Positions 14,665 through 24,000 of a stretch of DNA of 24,000 nucleotides are shown here, piece by piece. The notes under the pieces are model-generated. The model did not search any database, was not told the DNA's origin, and worked only from the letters and a program-made list of their open reading frames with translations. A program made the translations under genes and the position numbers. The stretch's first letter is position 1. Every line of letters starts with the position of its first letter. Source of the stretch: Acinetobacter sp. c1-l78 (GTDB lineage Bacteria; Pseudomonadota; Gammaproteobacteria; Pseudomonadales; Moraxellaceae). The stretch covers positions 1 to 24,000 of the forward strand of contig NZ_JBHFHK010000014.1 in assembly GCF_041928215.1 (NCBI RefSeq). The letters are read 5' to 3'.

Positions 14665-15075
14665 ATGTCCGAGTTTCGTTTCAATATTCGTGTTTATATC
14701 GAAGATACTGATGCAGGCGGTATTGTTTATCATGCCAATCATATCAAATATATGGAACGCACTCGCACTGAATGGCTTAGAGCCGCAGGTTTTGATCATT
14801 ATTGGCACCAAAGCGATTATAACTTTGTAGTACATCAAATCGCAATAAAATATCATCGTCCAATCATGATGGATGACTATGTGACAGTTACTGCAAAGGC
14901 TTTATCTTGTAAAACCGCATCATTCGTATTAGAACAAAAAATATATCGTGGTGAAGAGTTATTAGTCAGTGGTGAAGTGGGCATTGCTTGCTTAGATAAA
15001 AACTTACGCCCACGCAAATTTCCTGAAAATTTACGTGCGATGCTTATCGATTCAATTGCAATGAATTCACAATAA
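14665..15075 (+). CDS. ybgC: YbgC-like 4HBT-family acyl-CoA thioesterase
   Basis: The track ORF is trimmed to the ATG at 14665, which follows GGGGG. The sequence MSEFRFNIRVYIEDTDAGGIVYHANHIKYMERTRTEWLR is the hallmark hot-dog thioesterase N-terminus. No tolQRA genes follow it here. Confidence 0.75.
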   Translation: MSEFRFNIRVYIEDTDAGGIVYHANHIKYMERTRTEWLRAAGFDHYWHQSDYNFVVHQIAIKYHRPIMMDDYVTVTAKALSCKTASFVLEQKIYRGEELLVSGEVGIACLDKNLRPRKFPENLRAMLIDSIAMNSQ

Positions 15076-15255
15076 TATTTTTTAATTTAATCAAGATTTT
15101 AGGTTATATTCAAGGTATTACCAATCAACTCGTATATCTAATGTTGCACGGATGCTCATTCTTGCATGGGCAGATTTAAAATCAACGCATCTCAGTTCAC
15201 ACAAACTTCACACATATTTCATTTTCATTTCAAATAAAAACCATCTGTACCATGC

Positions 15256-16698
15256 ATGATTGCATCATCTCAATCATATAGGTCAAAGATGATGCAAAAA
15301 GTAAATGTAATGGCAAAATTGGCAATACTCTGTGTATTGCTCATCGCAATGATGATGGCGTTGTCCTTTGTACGCTATTTGGTCAATGAACGGCAAAGTT
15401 ATCAAAACAATGTCGTCGAACAGATTGAGCAAAATCAAATCGGTTCACAAGCGATGATGTCACCTTTTATTATGGCGCCTTATAAACCCTATGTTGCCTG
15501 TGACAATATGAAAGAAACGACAACTTCCACACCACAAACTAGCTCTGTAATAAACTGCTCACAAGATGAATACCGTATCACGCCGATGCAACAAAATGAT
15601 TGGAATGCAGATTTTGAGGTCAAAAATGACCAATATCAGCGTGGTATTTATCGTGCCACCAATTTTATCACGCATATCACAGGTAAAGGGCAATTTAATA
15701 CACCAGCCTCAAATCCAAATAATCCATCTGAATTAACAGCTGCAAAAATGATTTTGCCAATTAAAGATTTACGTGGATTATCGCAAAAAATCATGATGAC
15801 CATTAATGGGCAAAAATATGCTTTTTCAACCAGTAAAGCCTATCCAGAACTAGGCTTAGAACTAGATTTAGGAAATATCCCATTGCAAAGTGTTAATCAG
15901 TTTGAGATTGATATTCAGCTTGAAGGATTAAAACAATTTAATTTCTTTGGCGATGAAAATACACAGTCTTTTAATGCACAAGGTAATTGGCAAAATGTAA
16001 AATATTTGGGAAGTAGTTTGCCCAAAACCAATAACTCAGATACACAACATTTTAATGCAAAATGGTCTAACTTTGCATCATACACGCTATTATCAAATAC
16101 TGATGTCAATCAATGTTTAAAGAATGCCCATTGTACATTATTAGACGACAATAATAATGGCTTAGCGATGGAATTTTTAGATCCAAAGAATATTTATCAA
16201 CAAACTGATCGTGCCATCAAATATGGTTGGTTTATTACGCTGATTACTTTTGCATGCTTCTTCTTATTTGAGGTTGTAAAATCATTACGTATTCACCCGA
16301 TTCAATATTTATTGGTTGGTGTAGCACAAGCGGTATTCTTTATGTTGCTGTTATCTGTTAGTGAGCAATTAAACTATATGCTTGCCTATTGGATCGCCAG
16401 TGTAGCATGTATCAGCCTGATTTCATGGTATTTAATCTATGTATTAAAGCGTTGGCAAGATGCCACAATTTTCGCCTTATTATTAAGTAGTTTATACGGT
16501 GTAATGTATGTTTTATTACAGTCTTCGGGTATGACTTTGATTTTCGGTTCAGTCTTAGCGTTTATGATGGTGGCAGTAGCGATGTTTGTAACACGAAATA
16601 TCGATTGGTATGCTTTGAATGAAAACGTTAAACCAAAAAATAAATCAGATGATGAAGAAACTTTAACATCACCACAGTATGGAGAAAGTGATGAATAA
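15256..16698 (+). CDS. creD: CreD-like inner-membrane (cell envelope integrity) protein
   Basis: 480 aa. It has an N-terminal TM segment, a large periplasmic-type domain and 5 C-terminal TM segments containing IHPIQYLLVGVAQAVFFMLLLSVSE, as I recall for CreD. The start is ambiguous, with an alternative ATG at 15289. Confidence 0.6.
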   Translation: MIASSQSYRSKMMQKVNVMAKLAILCVLLIAMMMALSFVRYLVNERQSYQNNVVEQIEQNQIGSQAMMSPFIMAPYKPYVACDNMKETTTSTPQTSSVINCSQDEYRITPMQQNDWNADFEVKNDQYQRGIYRATNFITHITGKGQFNTPASNPNNPSELTAAKMILPIKDLRGLSQKIMMTINGQKYAFSTSKAYPELGLELDLGNIPLQSVNQFEIDIQLEGLKQFNFFGDENTQSFNAQGNWQNVKYLGSSLPKTNNSDTQHFNAKWSNFASYTLLSNTDVNQCLKNAHCTLLDDNNNGLAMEFLDPKNIYQQTDRAIKYGWFITLITFACFFLFEVVKSLRIHPIQYLLVGVAQAVFFMLLLSVSEQLNYMLAYWIASVACISLISWYLIYVLKRWQDATIFALLLSSLYGVMYVLLQSSGMTLIFGSVLAFMMVAVAMFVTRNIDWYALNENVKPKNKSDDEETLTSPQYGESDE

Positions 16699-16906
16699 AA
16701 TCAGTATCAAACGTGTAAATCGCCACTCAAATAGAATAAAGTTTTTATTATCCAGTAGTTTGGCAGATTGTTTAATGCAGTTACGTTTAAATAATCTATT
16801 GTATTTAAATCTAGGTAGTATGGTGGTTTGTCAATCTTTGGGTATATTACTTTATTTTCGAGGAAATAAATTATATCGCGTTGATGAGAAAATCCATTTA
16901 GCTTAA
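16691..16906 (+). CDS. Hypothetical small protein (71 aa)
   Basis: The ATG at 16691 follows GGAG (16681-16684) with a 6-nt spacer. It overlaps the creD-like stop by 8 nt. The strong hairpin at 16923 follows. I recognise no homology. Confidence 0.3.
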   Translation: MNKISIKRVNRHSNRIKFLLSSSLADCLMQLRLNNLLYLNLGSMVVCQSLGILLYFRGNKLYRVDEKIHLA

Positions 16907-16922
16907 ATCATCAAAATATAGA

Positions 16923-16952
16923 CATCCCATAAAATAAACGTTTTATGGGATG
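16923..16952. terminator. 12-bp perfect hairpin between convergent genes (likely bidirectional terminator)
   Basis: The stem catcccataaaa / ttttatgggatg has loop taaacg and T-rich flanks on both strands. Confidence 0.6.
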
Positions 16953-16981
16953 TTTATCATTTCCAATTGTTAAAAATCAGC

Positions 16982-17995
16982 TTAAACCGCTTGCAATTCT
17001 GCCATTGGCCAACGTGGCGTAGTGCTGACTTGCAAATCATCCTTTTGCCCAGCTCTCAAACGTTGATAACCTGCAAAAGCAATCATCGCTCCATTATCAG
17101 TACACAGTGCCGGCTCAGCATAATAGACTTTCGCCCCCATACCTGATAAAGATTTTTGCAATTTTTCTCGCAATCGCACATTGGCACTCACACCGCCGGC
17201 GATGACCAACTGTTTTAGACCTGTTTGTTTTAACGCTTTTATAGACTTTTTCACCAAAGTATCGACTACCGCTTCTTGGAATGAGGCTGCAATATCTGCA
17301 TCACGTCCCCGCCCTTGTAATGCATTGACTTGAGCCGATACAGCGGTTTTTAAACCACTAAAAGAAAAGTTTAATGCCTGTTGCATCAATGGACGAGGGA
17401 AAGCAATCGCATCAGGATTACCTTGCTCAGCAAGCTTAGCAATATTTGGCCCACCTGGATAAGGTAAATTCAGCATTTTTGCTACTTTATCAAAAGCTTC
17501 CCCAGCAGCATCATCGATGGATTCGCCCAACAGTTCATATTGTCCCAAAGCATGTGCCGCCATGAGTTGCGTATGTCCGCCAGATACCAACAATGCCACA
17601 AATGGAAACGCTGGCGGTGTCTCAGACAATAGCGGTGCAAGCAAATGCCCTTCCATATGGTGCACGCCAATAGCAGGAATATTCAAAGCAAAAGCCAAAC
17701 TTCGCCCAAACAATGCACCTGTCATCAACGCTCCCATTAGCCCAGGTCCACGCGTATAGGCTACAGCATCTAAGTCTTGCTTTGTCACTTGGCAATCTTG
17801 TAATAATTGTTCTAATAAAGGAATTAATTTACGCACATGATCGCGTGAGGCGAGTTCTGGTACCACGCCACCGTATTCAGCATGCAATGCAATTTGGCTA
17901 TATAATACTTGTCCGAGCAAGCCTTTTTCGCTGTCATATAATGCCAAACCTGTTTCATCACAAGATGTTTCTAAACCCAATACCAACACAATCAA
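16982..17995 (-). CDS. tsaD: tRNA N6-adenosine threonylcarbamoyltransferase TsaD
   Basis: 337 aa. It carries [32 protein letters not shown] and [10 protein letters not shown]. The start codon at 17995 is TTG, so the exact start is uncertain by a few codons. Confidence 0.9.
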   Translation of the reverse strand: MIVLVLGLETSCDETGLALYDSEKGLLGQVLYSQIALHAEYGGVVPELASRDHVRKLIPLLEQLLQDCQVTKQDLDAVAYTRGPGLMGALMTGALFGRSLAFALNIPAIGVHHMEGHLLAPLLSETPPAFPFVALLVSGGHTQLMAAHALGQYELLGESIDDAAGEAFDKVAKMLNLPYPGGPNIAKLAEQGNPDAIAFPRPLMQQALNFSFSGLKTAVSAQVNALQGRGRDADIAASFQEAVVDTLVKKSIKALKQTGLKQLVIAGGVSANVRLREKLQKSLSGMGAKVYYAEPALCTDNGAMIAFAGYQRLRAGQKDDLQVSTTPRWPMAELQAV

Positions 17996-18185
17996 TTACC
18001 TACTTTTGTGGTCTTTCTGACAAGAATACACATTATAGACTTGTAAGTGCAAACAGAAAAGCGTAAAATAGCGCCTTCATTCACCGTAAGTTGTTGTTTC
18101 TATCAATAAAGCTTATCGAAATTCACTGTATTGATATGATTTTAAAGCAATTTACATTATCCATCATCTTGACAGAGAGGTTATT

Positions 18186-18401
18186 ATGCCACAAGTTAAA
18201 TTGAAAGAAGGCGAGTCAGTAGACGTTGCTATCCGTCGTTTTAAACGTTCTTGCGAAAAAGCAGGTATCTTGGCTGACGTACGTAAACACGAATTTTTTG
18301 AAAAACCAACACAAGAGCGTAAGCGTAAAAAAGCTGCTGCTGTTAAGCGTTATCAAAAGAAAGTATCTCGTGAATCAATCCGTACTACTCGTTTGTACTA
18401 A
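18186..18401 (+). CDS. rpsU: 30S ribosomal protein S21
   Basis: 71 aa. The sequence [34 protein letters not shown]...RLY is preceded by a GAGAGG RBS. Confidence 0.95.
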   Translation: MPQVKLKEGESVDVAIRRFKRSCEKAGILADVRKHEFFEKPTQERKRKKAAAVKRYQKKVSRESIRTTRLY

Positions 18402-18516
18402 TTGATTATTGATACTTAAGAAAATTTTTTAAGTTAAGTTTTAGGTTAGATTTTCTAATTTAATTCAATAATTTATTTGATTTGTTGTTTGACTTTAATT
18501 TGATTGAGATACACTG

Positions 18517-18963
18517 ATGACGACTTTAAAAGCCAATATTACTGAAACGTTAAAGACTGCCATGAAAGCAAAAGATATGGCGACCGTGACAGTGATCCGT
18601 GGTTTGCAAGCGGGCATTAAACAAATCGAAGTCGATGAGCGTATCGAGCTTGATGACAATCAAGTGTTGAACGTAATCGAGAAACAGGTCAAGCAACGCA
18701 AAGAATCGATTAAAGCTTATCAAGCTGCCAATCGAGAAGATTTAGCTAGTAAAGAACAAGCCGAACTTGAGGTTTTATCTCAATTTCTACCAGAAGCTAT
18801 GACTGAGGAAGAACTTGATTCTCTTATTGTGCAAACCATTACTGCACAACAAGCAACTAGCATGAAAGATATGGGTAAGGTGATGAACGCTCTACGTCCA
18901 ATCATAGCTGGACGTGCTGATCCTGTACAAGTATCTGCTAAAATCAAAGCACAACTCGGCTGA
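18517..18963 (+). CDS. GatB/YqeY domain-containing protein
   Basis: 148 aa. It carries LKTAMKAKD...VIRGLQAGIKQIEVDE...QVKQRKESIKAYQAANREDLASKEQAELEVLSQFLP, the typical YqeY pattern. Confidence 0.85.
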   Translation: MTTLKANITETLKTAMKAKDMATVTVIRGLQAGIKQIEVDERIELDDNQVLNVIEKQVKQRKESIKAYQAANREDLASKEQAELEVLSQFLPEAMTEEELDSLIVQTITAQQATSMKDMGKVMNALRPIIAGRADPVQVSAKIKAQLG

Positions 18964-19130
18964 TTTTAACTCTATTCTACTCCCAAAATAAATTTTATTA
19001 TTGACCCTATTAAGTGTCTGCATTTCTACGTCCATAAAAATTAAAAACCACTTTGTATTTTTGTCTTGCATTGCATTTTTTTGTTTATTTTGGCTACAAT
19101 AGCATGTACTTACACAATTAAACGACTACT

Positions 19131-20072
19131 ATGACCAAATCAACCACAGCAAAAAGCACTACTCTTCCATTTATGCAACAGCATTTTATTGATCTATCGA
19201 ATAAGCAACGACTTTGCGTAGAAATGGCTGGCGATGAAAAACGTCCTACCATTCTGCTCATCATGGGTTTAGGCTCGCAATTAACCATGTGGCCAGATGC
19301 TTTTTGTCAATTATTGCTAGATAGTGGCTTTCGGGTAATACGTTTTGATAATCGTGATAGTGGTTTATCCAATAAGTGTGAATTTCTGCAACCACCTTTA
19401 TCTTTACTTAAAACTATGGGGCGTTTTAGTCTTGGCTTAGCAACCAATGGGGCGAGTTATACACTCTACGATATGGCAGAAGATGTGCATTTATTACTCA
19501 ATACACTACATATTGAAAAAGCCCATATTTTAGGTGCATCAATGGGTGGTATGATTGCGCAAATTTTAGCAGCGAAATATCCAAATCAAGTCAAAAGTCT
19601 AGGCTTATTATTTACTAGCAACAACCAATCATTCGCACAACCACCCAACTTATCTATCTTAAAACAAATGTTCAAACGCCCTAAAAGCAATAATCCTGAA
19701 GATATTATCAACAACACTGTACAGTTTTATCAGATGATCGCATCGCCAAATTATAGCACCAATTCACAGTTTTACGACTTTGCACAAGGTTTATACCAAC
19801 GTAGTTACCACCCAATGGGCACACAGAGACAGTTCTACGCAATTCTAACCACAGGCTCACTCAAAAAAATTAACCATATGATTCAATCACCTACATTAAT
19901 CATTCATGGTTCAAAAGACAAACTCATCCCGCCGAGCAACGGAAAAGCCGTTGCAAAAGCCATTCCTCATGCAAAATTTGAATTAATTGATGGTTTAGGG
20001 CATGACATCTCCCCCCATTTTATGGCAAAATTAGCAGACTTATTTACAGACCATTTTATGGCAAACAATTGA
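19131..20072 (+). CDS. Alpha/beta-fold hydrolase
   Basis: 313 aa. It has the nucleophile elbow HILGASMGGMIA (GxSxG). The C-terminal IDGLGHD supplies the catalytic His region. Confidence 0.8.
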   Translation: MTKSTTAKSTTLPFMQQHFIDLSNKQRLCVEMAGDEKRPTILLIMGLGSQLTMWPDAFCQLLLDSGFRVIRFDNRDSGLSNKCEFLQPPLSLLKTMGRFSLGLATNGASYTLYDMAEDVHLLLNTLHIEKAHILGASMGGMIAQILAAKYPNQVKSLGLLFTSNNQSFAQPPNLSILKQMFKRPKSNNPEDIINNTVQFYQMIASPNYSTNSQFYDFAQGLYQRSYHPMGTQRQFYAILTTGSLKKINHMIQSPTLIIHGSKDKLIPPSNGKAVAKAIPHAKFELIDGLGHDISPHFMAKLADLFTDHFMANN

Positions 20073-20081
20073 TAGGACACC

Positions 20082-20993
20082 ATGGCAGCATTACCTTCAC
20101 TCCGTCAGCTTTCTTACTTGGTCACTTTATCAGAGACTTTACACTTCACTGAGGCCGCTCGACGTTCGTTTGTTACCCAATCCACTTTATCAGGCGGGAT
20201 TATGGAACTTGAACGTTTACTTGGTGGAATGTTGGTCGAACGCGATAGACAAAACGTACGTTTAACACCACTTGGAGAAGAAGTGGTTGCACGTGCCAGA
20301 GTACTTCTCGCAGATGCACAAGATCTAATGCGTCTAAGCCGTGAAATGAGCGAACCTTTAACAGGTGACTTACACTTTGGTATTATTCCTACTATTGCGC
20401 CTTTTATCCTGACACAACTATTAAATCAAGTGCAGGAAAAATTACCACGCATCAATTTCCATCTGCATGAAAATCAGAGCAGTAAAATCATTTCAGATCT
20501 TGAGCATGGTAGTTTAGACATGGTGTTTTTGGCATTGCCTTTTGACACCAACAGCTTGAAATTAAAAGAAGTATTTACTGAAGAGCTTTATATTGTATGT
20601 AGTGAAAAAGATTCCAAAACACTCAATGCAAAAGAAATGACTGATTTAGATCTTAGTCGATTGATTTTGCTTGACGAAGGACATTGTTTACGCGATCACA
20701 CTTTAAGTGCCTGCCCAATCAATGAACGCAAAAATGATGCTCGCTTGAAAGCCAGCTCTTTGCCAACTGTGTTAGAGATGGTTTCTGCCAACTTAGGCTT
20801 TACCATGATGCCACACATTGCACTCAAAAATATCAATCAATTACAACTTAAAGGGTTAAAAACCTTTACTGTAAATCAAGCACCAAAACGCACTTTAACT
20901 TTGGTTACACGTAAAAGTACGCCATTACAAAACGAATTTGACATTGTTTATCATATCTTAAAAGATATTTGTGTAGAGATGTCTAAAGCATAA
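20082..20993 (+). CDS. oxyR: LysR-family transcriptional regulator, OxyR-like
   Basis: 303 aa. The N-terminal HTH is LRQLSYLVTLSETLHFTEAARRSFVTQSTLSGGIMELE. LLDEGHCLRDHTLSAC matches the OxyR redox-cysteine region (GHCLRD...C) as I recall it from E. coli OxyR. Confidence 0.65.
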   Translation: MAALPSLRQLSYLVTLSETLHFTEAARRSFVTQSTLSGGIMELERLLGGMLVERDRQNVRLTPLGEEVVARARVLLADAQDLMRLSREMSEPLTGDLHFGIIPTIAPFILTQLLNQVQEKLPRINFHLHENQSSKIISDLEHGSLDMVFLALPFDTNSLKLKEVFTEELYIVCSEKDSKTLNAKEMTDLDLSRLILLDEGHCLRDHTLSACPINERKNDARLKASSLPTVLEMVSANLGFTMMPHIALKNINQLQLKGLKTFTVNQAPKRTLTLVTRKSTPLQNEFDIVYHILKDICVEMSKA

Positions 20994-21017
20994 TTGCAAA
21001 CTGATTTAATCCAGCTC

Positions 21018-21054
21018 AAAAAAAAAACCTATCATCGATTGATAGGTTTTTTTT
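21018..21054. terminator. Bidirectional rho-independent terminator between convergent oxyR-like and ppiD genes
   Basis: An A-run, the stem cctatca / tgatagg (loop tcgat) and a T-run read aaaaaaaaaacctatcatcgattgataggtttttttt. Confidence 0.8.
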
Positions 21055-21076
21055 ATTGCTTCAGCAACAACACGCA

Positions 21077-22966
21077 TTATGGTGTTGTTGGTTGCGTGGT
21101 ATGGATTTTTACTTTTGCATTGTCACGTAAGTAATGCGTATAATCATTCAAAATCAATTGTCCACGTGGGTCATAACGATCTGTCAATTGTGCTGTCTGC
21201 TGTGCATCCAAATTAAATTGTGGATTCTTCTGCACTGCTGACACACCGATCACATACAGTTTATCACCGCTGTCTGCCGTGGTTACTGACCACTGCCCTT
21301 CTTTTGGTGCAGCAACACTGTAAATCGCACGTTCAATACTTTGCGGTAACATACGACCAAATCGTGGCACTGGGCCTAGATCTCTAAAGTTTAATTTACT
21401 TTGAGCGATTGCACTGCTTGCAGGCTGACTTGCAAGAGCTTTAAGGCTTGCATCAATGCTGGCACGTGCTTGCTTAATTTGCTCTTCACGTTTTACCGCT
21501 TGCATAACTTGTGTCTTGGCTTGTTCAAAGCTTTGTTGTGCTTCTGCACGGTAGCTGGCTACTTTTACCCACACAATATCGTGGTTTGGCAATGTAATCG
21601 CAGTAGAGACGTTATGATCGCCGTGTGCCACTTCGCTCGAGAACAGTTTGCCACGTACACTTGGGTTGGCAAGAATTGGATTAGCTGTTGCTTGCGTAAA
21701 TGCCTTGGCAGATTGAACAGTGGTTTTGAATTTTTCAGCAATTGGGGTCAAATTGTCTGCTTGCATACCTGCATCAGTTGCTTGATTAACCAATTCAGCA
21801 AACTCTTGTTCTGCTTTATGTAATTTTGCTTGTGCTGTTACTTCTGCACGAATGTCCGCCAATGGTTGGACGTTCGCCAAACCTTCTACATTATCCAAAC
21901 GGATAAGGTGATAACCATATTGTGTTTTGATTGGTGCAGACACTTGCCCTTGAGCCAAACCTACCACCGCACGGTCAAATTCATCACCAAATACACCAAC
22001 ACTATAGCCAGTAATCTTACCACTTTGTGCTTTAGATGCAGGATCTTCAGAATATTGCTGCACTAAAGATGCAAAGCTTATGCCTGCTTTTAATTTAGCA
22101 TTGATTTCATTTGCCAAAGCTTGTGCTTGTTCTGGGCTGTGTTTTTCTGTAGTGACCAAAATATGGCTGACTTCACGTTTGGCATCTTTACTATGTTCCG
22201 CCACATAGCGGTTGTATTGTGCTTGGATTTCTTCTTCGCTCACTTCAACCTTTTCAGCGAACTGTCTTGGTGATGCCACGACATAACTGACATCAACCGC
22301 AGCAGGCAAAATAAATTGCTTTTGATGTTGATCATAATAGGCTTTGGCTTGTGCATCAGTCGCAGTAAAATTCTGGGCAAACTGATTGAGATCAATCTCA
22401 GCAATATGGCTTACGCGTTCCTGTGCAAGCATTGCAATTAATGCTTGACGTGTATTGTTTGAATAAGGTGTTGCCTTGATGATACTATCCATCAATAAGG
22501 TAATTACATCTCGCTGACGTTGCGATGCAATCAGTTGATCCACACTCAAACCTTGTTGTTTTAAAATTGCTTCAAAACGTGCTTGTGAAAACTGACCATT
22601 TTCTTGAAAGTCAGGAATGGTACGCAAAATATCTGCAATCTGTGCATCACTAAGATTGATACCCAATTTGTCTGCTTGTTGTAATAAAAGCTGTTGCATA
22701 ATCATTGCATTCAGCGTTTGTTCTTGTAATACAGCATCATTGATCAGTGAACTATCACCGTTTAGCATCTGTAGATAATCGCCACGTTGTTGATTGATAC
22801 GCTGATCTAAATCCGTTTGGCTGATTTTCTCACCATTGACTTTGGCAGCGTATTGACTACCACCGTTAAAATACTGATCTACACCTGTTAATGCTAAAGG
22901 TGTCAAAAATGCCACCAATAAAACTTTACCCAGCCACCCACGCATCAAGCGACGAAACGTTTCCAT
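21077..22966 (-). CDS. ppiD: Periplasmic chaperone / peptidyl-prolyl isomerase PpiD
   Basis: The track ORF is trimmed to the ATG at 22966 (METFRRLMRGWLGKVLLVAFL...), which gives an N-terminal TM anchor. YAAKVNGEKISQTDL parallels E. coli PpiD YAAKVNDQEIS. A parvulin-like segment reads SEDPASKAQSGKITGY...YGYHLIRL. The gene lies downstream of hupB, as in enterobacteria. Confidence 0.8.
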   Translation of the reverse strand: METFRRLMRGWLGKVLLVAFLTPLALTGVDQYFNGGSQYAAKVNGEKISQTDLDQRINQQRGDYLQMLNGDSSLINDAVLQEQTLNAMIMQQLLLQQADKLGINLSDAQIADILRTIPDFQENGQFSQARFEAILKQQGLSVDQLIASQRQRDVITLLMDSIIKATPYSNNTRQALIAMLAQERVSHIAEIDLNQFAQNFTATDAQAKAYYDQHQKQFILPAAVDVSYVVASPRQFAEKVEVSEEEIQAQYNRYVAEHSKDAKREVSHILVTTEKHSPEQAQALANEINAKLKAGISFASLVQQYSEDPASKAQSGKITGYSVGVFGDEFDRAVVGLAQGQVSAPIKTQYGYHLIRLDNVEGLANVQPLADIRAEVTAQAKLHKAEQEFAELVNQATDAGMQADNLTPIAEKFKTTVQSAKAFTQATANPILANPSVRGKLFSSEVAHGDHNVSTAITLPNHDIVWVKVASYRAEAQQSFEQAKTQVMQAVKREEQIKQARASIDASLKALASQPASSAIAQSKLNFRDLGPVPRFGRMLPQSIERAIYSVAAPKEGQWSVTTADSGDKLYVIGVSAVQKNPQFNLDAQQTAQLTDRYDPRGQLILNDYTHYLRDNAKVKIHTTQPTTP

Positions 22967-23130
22967 AACAACTCTCAAAAAAACCGCAAAATAAGTGGCA
23001 ATGTTACCGAAAAATGGCATTTAAACCAAGTAAAATCGGCTATTTTTCACAAATTTAATATCAAACTTAGTGCGGCTTAAATCCAAATATGGCTCATATA
23101 TCAGATTTATTGCTTATTTTTAAATATCAG

Positions 23131-23165
23131 AAAACAAAAAAACGTATCATAAAGATACGTTTTTA
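23131..23165 (-). terminator. Rho-independent terminator of hupB
   Basis: An 8-bp stem aacgtatc / gatacgtt with loop ataaa is followed on the minus strand by tttttttgtttt. Confidence 0.75.
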
Positions 23166-23214
23166 CTCAAGTAAGAAAACTAGAGCATAATTTTTTTGTA
23201 TTGATAACAAAAAC

Positions 23215-23487
23215 TTATGCAACAGAATCTTTCAAGTTTTTACCTGCTTTAAAGCTTGGTACTTTGCTGGCAGCGATTTGAAGTTCTTCACCAGTCTTAG
23301 GGTTACGACCTGTACGTGCAGCACGCTCTTTTACCATGAATGAGCCAAAGCCCACCAAAGTTACAGTGTCATTTGCTTTTAACGCATCGCTGATAGATTC
23401 CAAAGTTGCATCTAGGGCTTTACCCGCGTCAACTTTAGTTAATCCACTTTTTTGAGCAATTGCATCAATTAATTCTGACTTATTCAT
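23215..23487 (-). CDS. hupB: DNA-binding protein HU (beta-like)
   Basis: 90 aa from the ATG at 23487; the first M in the track is a TTG. GAGGA lies 9 nt upstream. The sequence is [27 protein letters not shown]...[32 protein letters not shown]. Confidence 0.95.
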   Translation of the reverse strand: MNKSELIDAIAQKSGLTKVDAGKALDATLESISDALKANDTVTLVGFGSFMVKERAARTGRNPKTGEELQIAASKVPSFKAGKNLKDSVA

Positions 23488-23919
23488 CAAAGATATCCTC
23501 TGGTTCGATTTTCAAATAGTTAGGCTATACCTGCCATGGCTCGCCATCTTGCTGTTATAGCAATAGCGAATACATAAAACAAGTATTCTCCTAGAAATTT
23601 CTCAAAAAACTTAAAAAATCCCACAATGGCAAGCATGATAGCTGATATCACAGTGCGTTAAAAGAGATTTTCATACTTTTTTATGAATTTTTTTCTTGTA
23701 ATTTCAGGCATATTGCAAAGTTGAGATCAATATCACAGATACCTAAAAATTATCTTTATCATTCGACATTTTTTAATTTAATATTTTTATTTGAACCAAT
23801 CTTGAAGCGACATCATGATTTGCTTAATCAACCGATAAGATTGTGATAAAATCATACAAATTCTTTACTTACAAAGCACATCTGTTACATCACCTATCCA
23901 TAATAGCTCTTTTTTAGGC

Positions 23920-23948
23920 TTGACAGTCATGACTTTTTAGCCTTAAAT
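23920..23948 (+). promoter_or_regulatory. Candidate sigma70 promoter for a plus-strand gene that may start at 23981
   Basis: TTGACA (23920-23925), a 17-nt spacer and TTAAAT (23943-23948) are present. An ATG at 23981 (MTEDQK..) runs off the window. Confidence 0.3.
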
Positions 23949-24000
23949 CCGTACATCATTTCTTTGCAATCTGAGCCACTATGACTGAAGACCAAAAAAA

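Noticed and set aside
22967-23020. 18-codon N-terminal extension of ppiD.
   Set aside because: The extension would precede the signal-anchor helix. The ATG at 22966 gives the canonical PpiD-like N-terminus and has a GAGAG RBS.
23981-24000. Annotating a CDS starting at the ATG at 23981.
   Set aside because: Only 20 nt are visible, which is too little to support a gene call. It is mentioned only as the likely target of the candidate promoter.

Overview
The window has two parts.

(A) Positions ~650-10097 are a high-GC block (about 55-62% on hand-counted 60-nt lines) set in low-GC DNA (about 37-40%) that looks Acinetobacter/Moraxellaceae-like. The block carries one tightly packed minus-strand operon:
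- a frameshifted HTH gene
- an SNF2-family helicase (1099 aa)
- a DUF4391-like protein (232 aa), whose ATG overlaps the helicase stop as ATGA
- a Type III Mod methyltransferase (626 aa)
- a Type III Res helicase-nuclease (1035 aa)

This helicase + DUF4391 + Mod + Res cassette is the best candidate for an uncharacterised restriction-like defence system. The central ~1.3 kb of mod has clearly lower GC than the rest of the block, which suggests a mosaic gene.

Downstream of res lie a low-GC small ORF with a PD-(D/E)xK-like motif and the first 31 codons of a transposase-like gene at the window edge. The right border of the block has three elements: a degenerate tRNA/tmRNA 3'-end-like remnant, a 118-bp IS3-family end fragment, and an inverted 913-bp defective IS3-family copy. 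That copy has intact orfA, a frameshifted and internally deleted orfB, and no target-site duplication. It also truncates a chromosomal ORF.

(B) Positions ~11.1-24 kb are ordinary housekeeping genes: dGTPase-like, ruvA, ruvB, ybgC-like thioesterase, creD-like membrane protein, tsaD, rpsU, GatB/YqeY-domain protein, alpha/beta hydrolase, oxyR-like LysR regulator, ppiD and hupB, with several clear hairpin terminators.

No CRISPR array, rRNA or intact tRNA was seen. All family assignments rest on motifs I can read in the translations plus recollection. No database search was possible.
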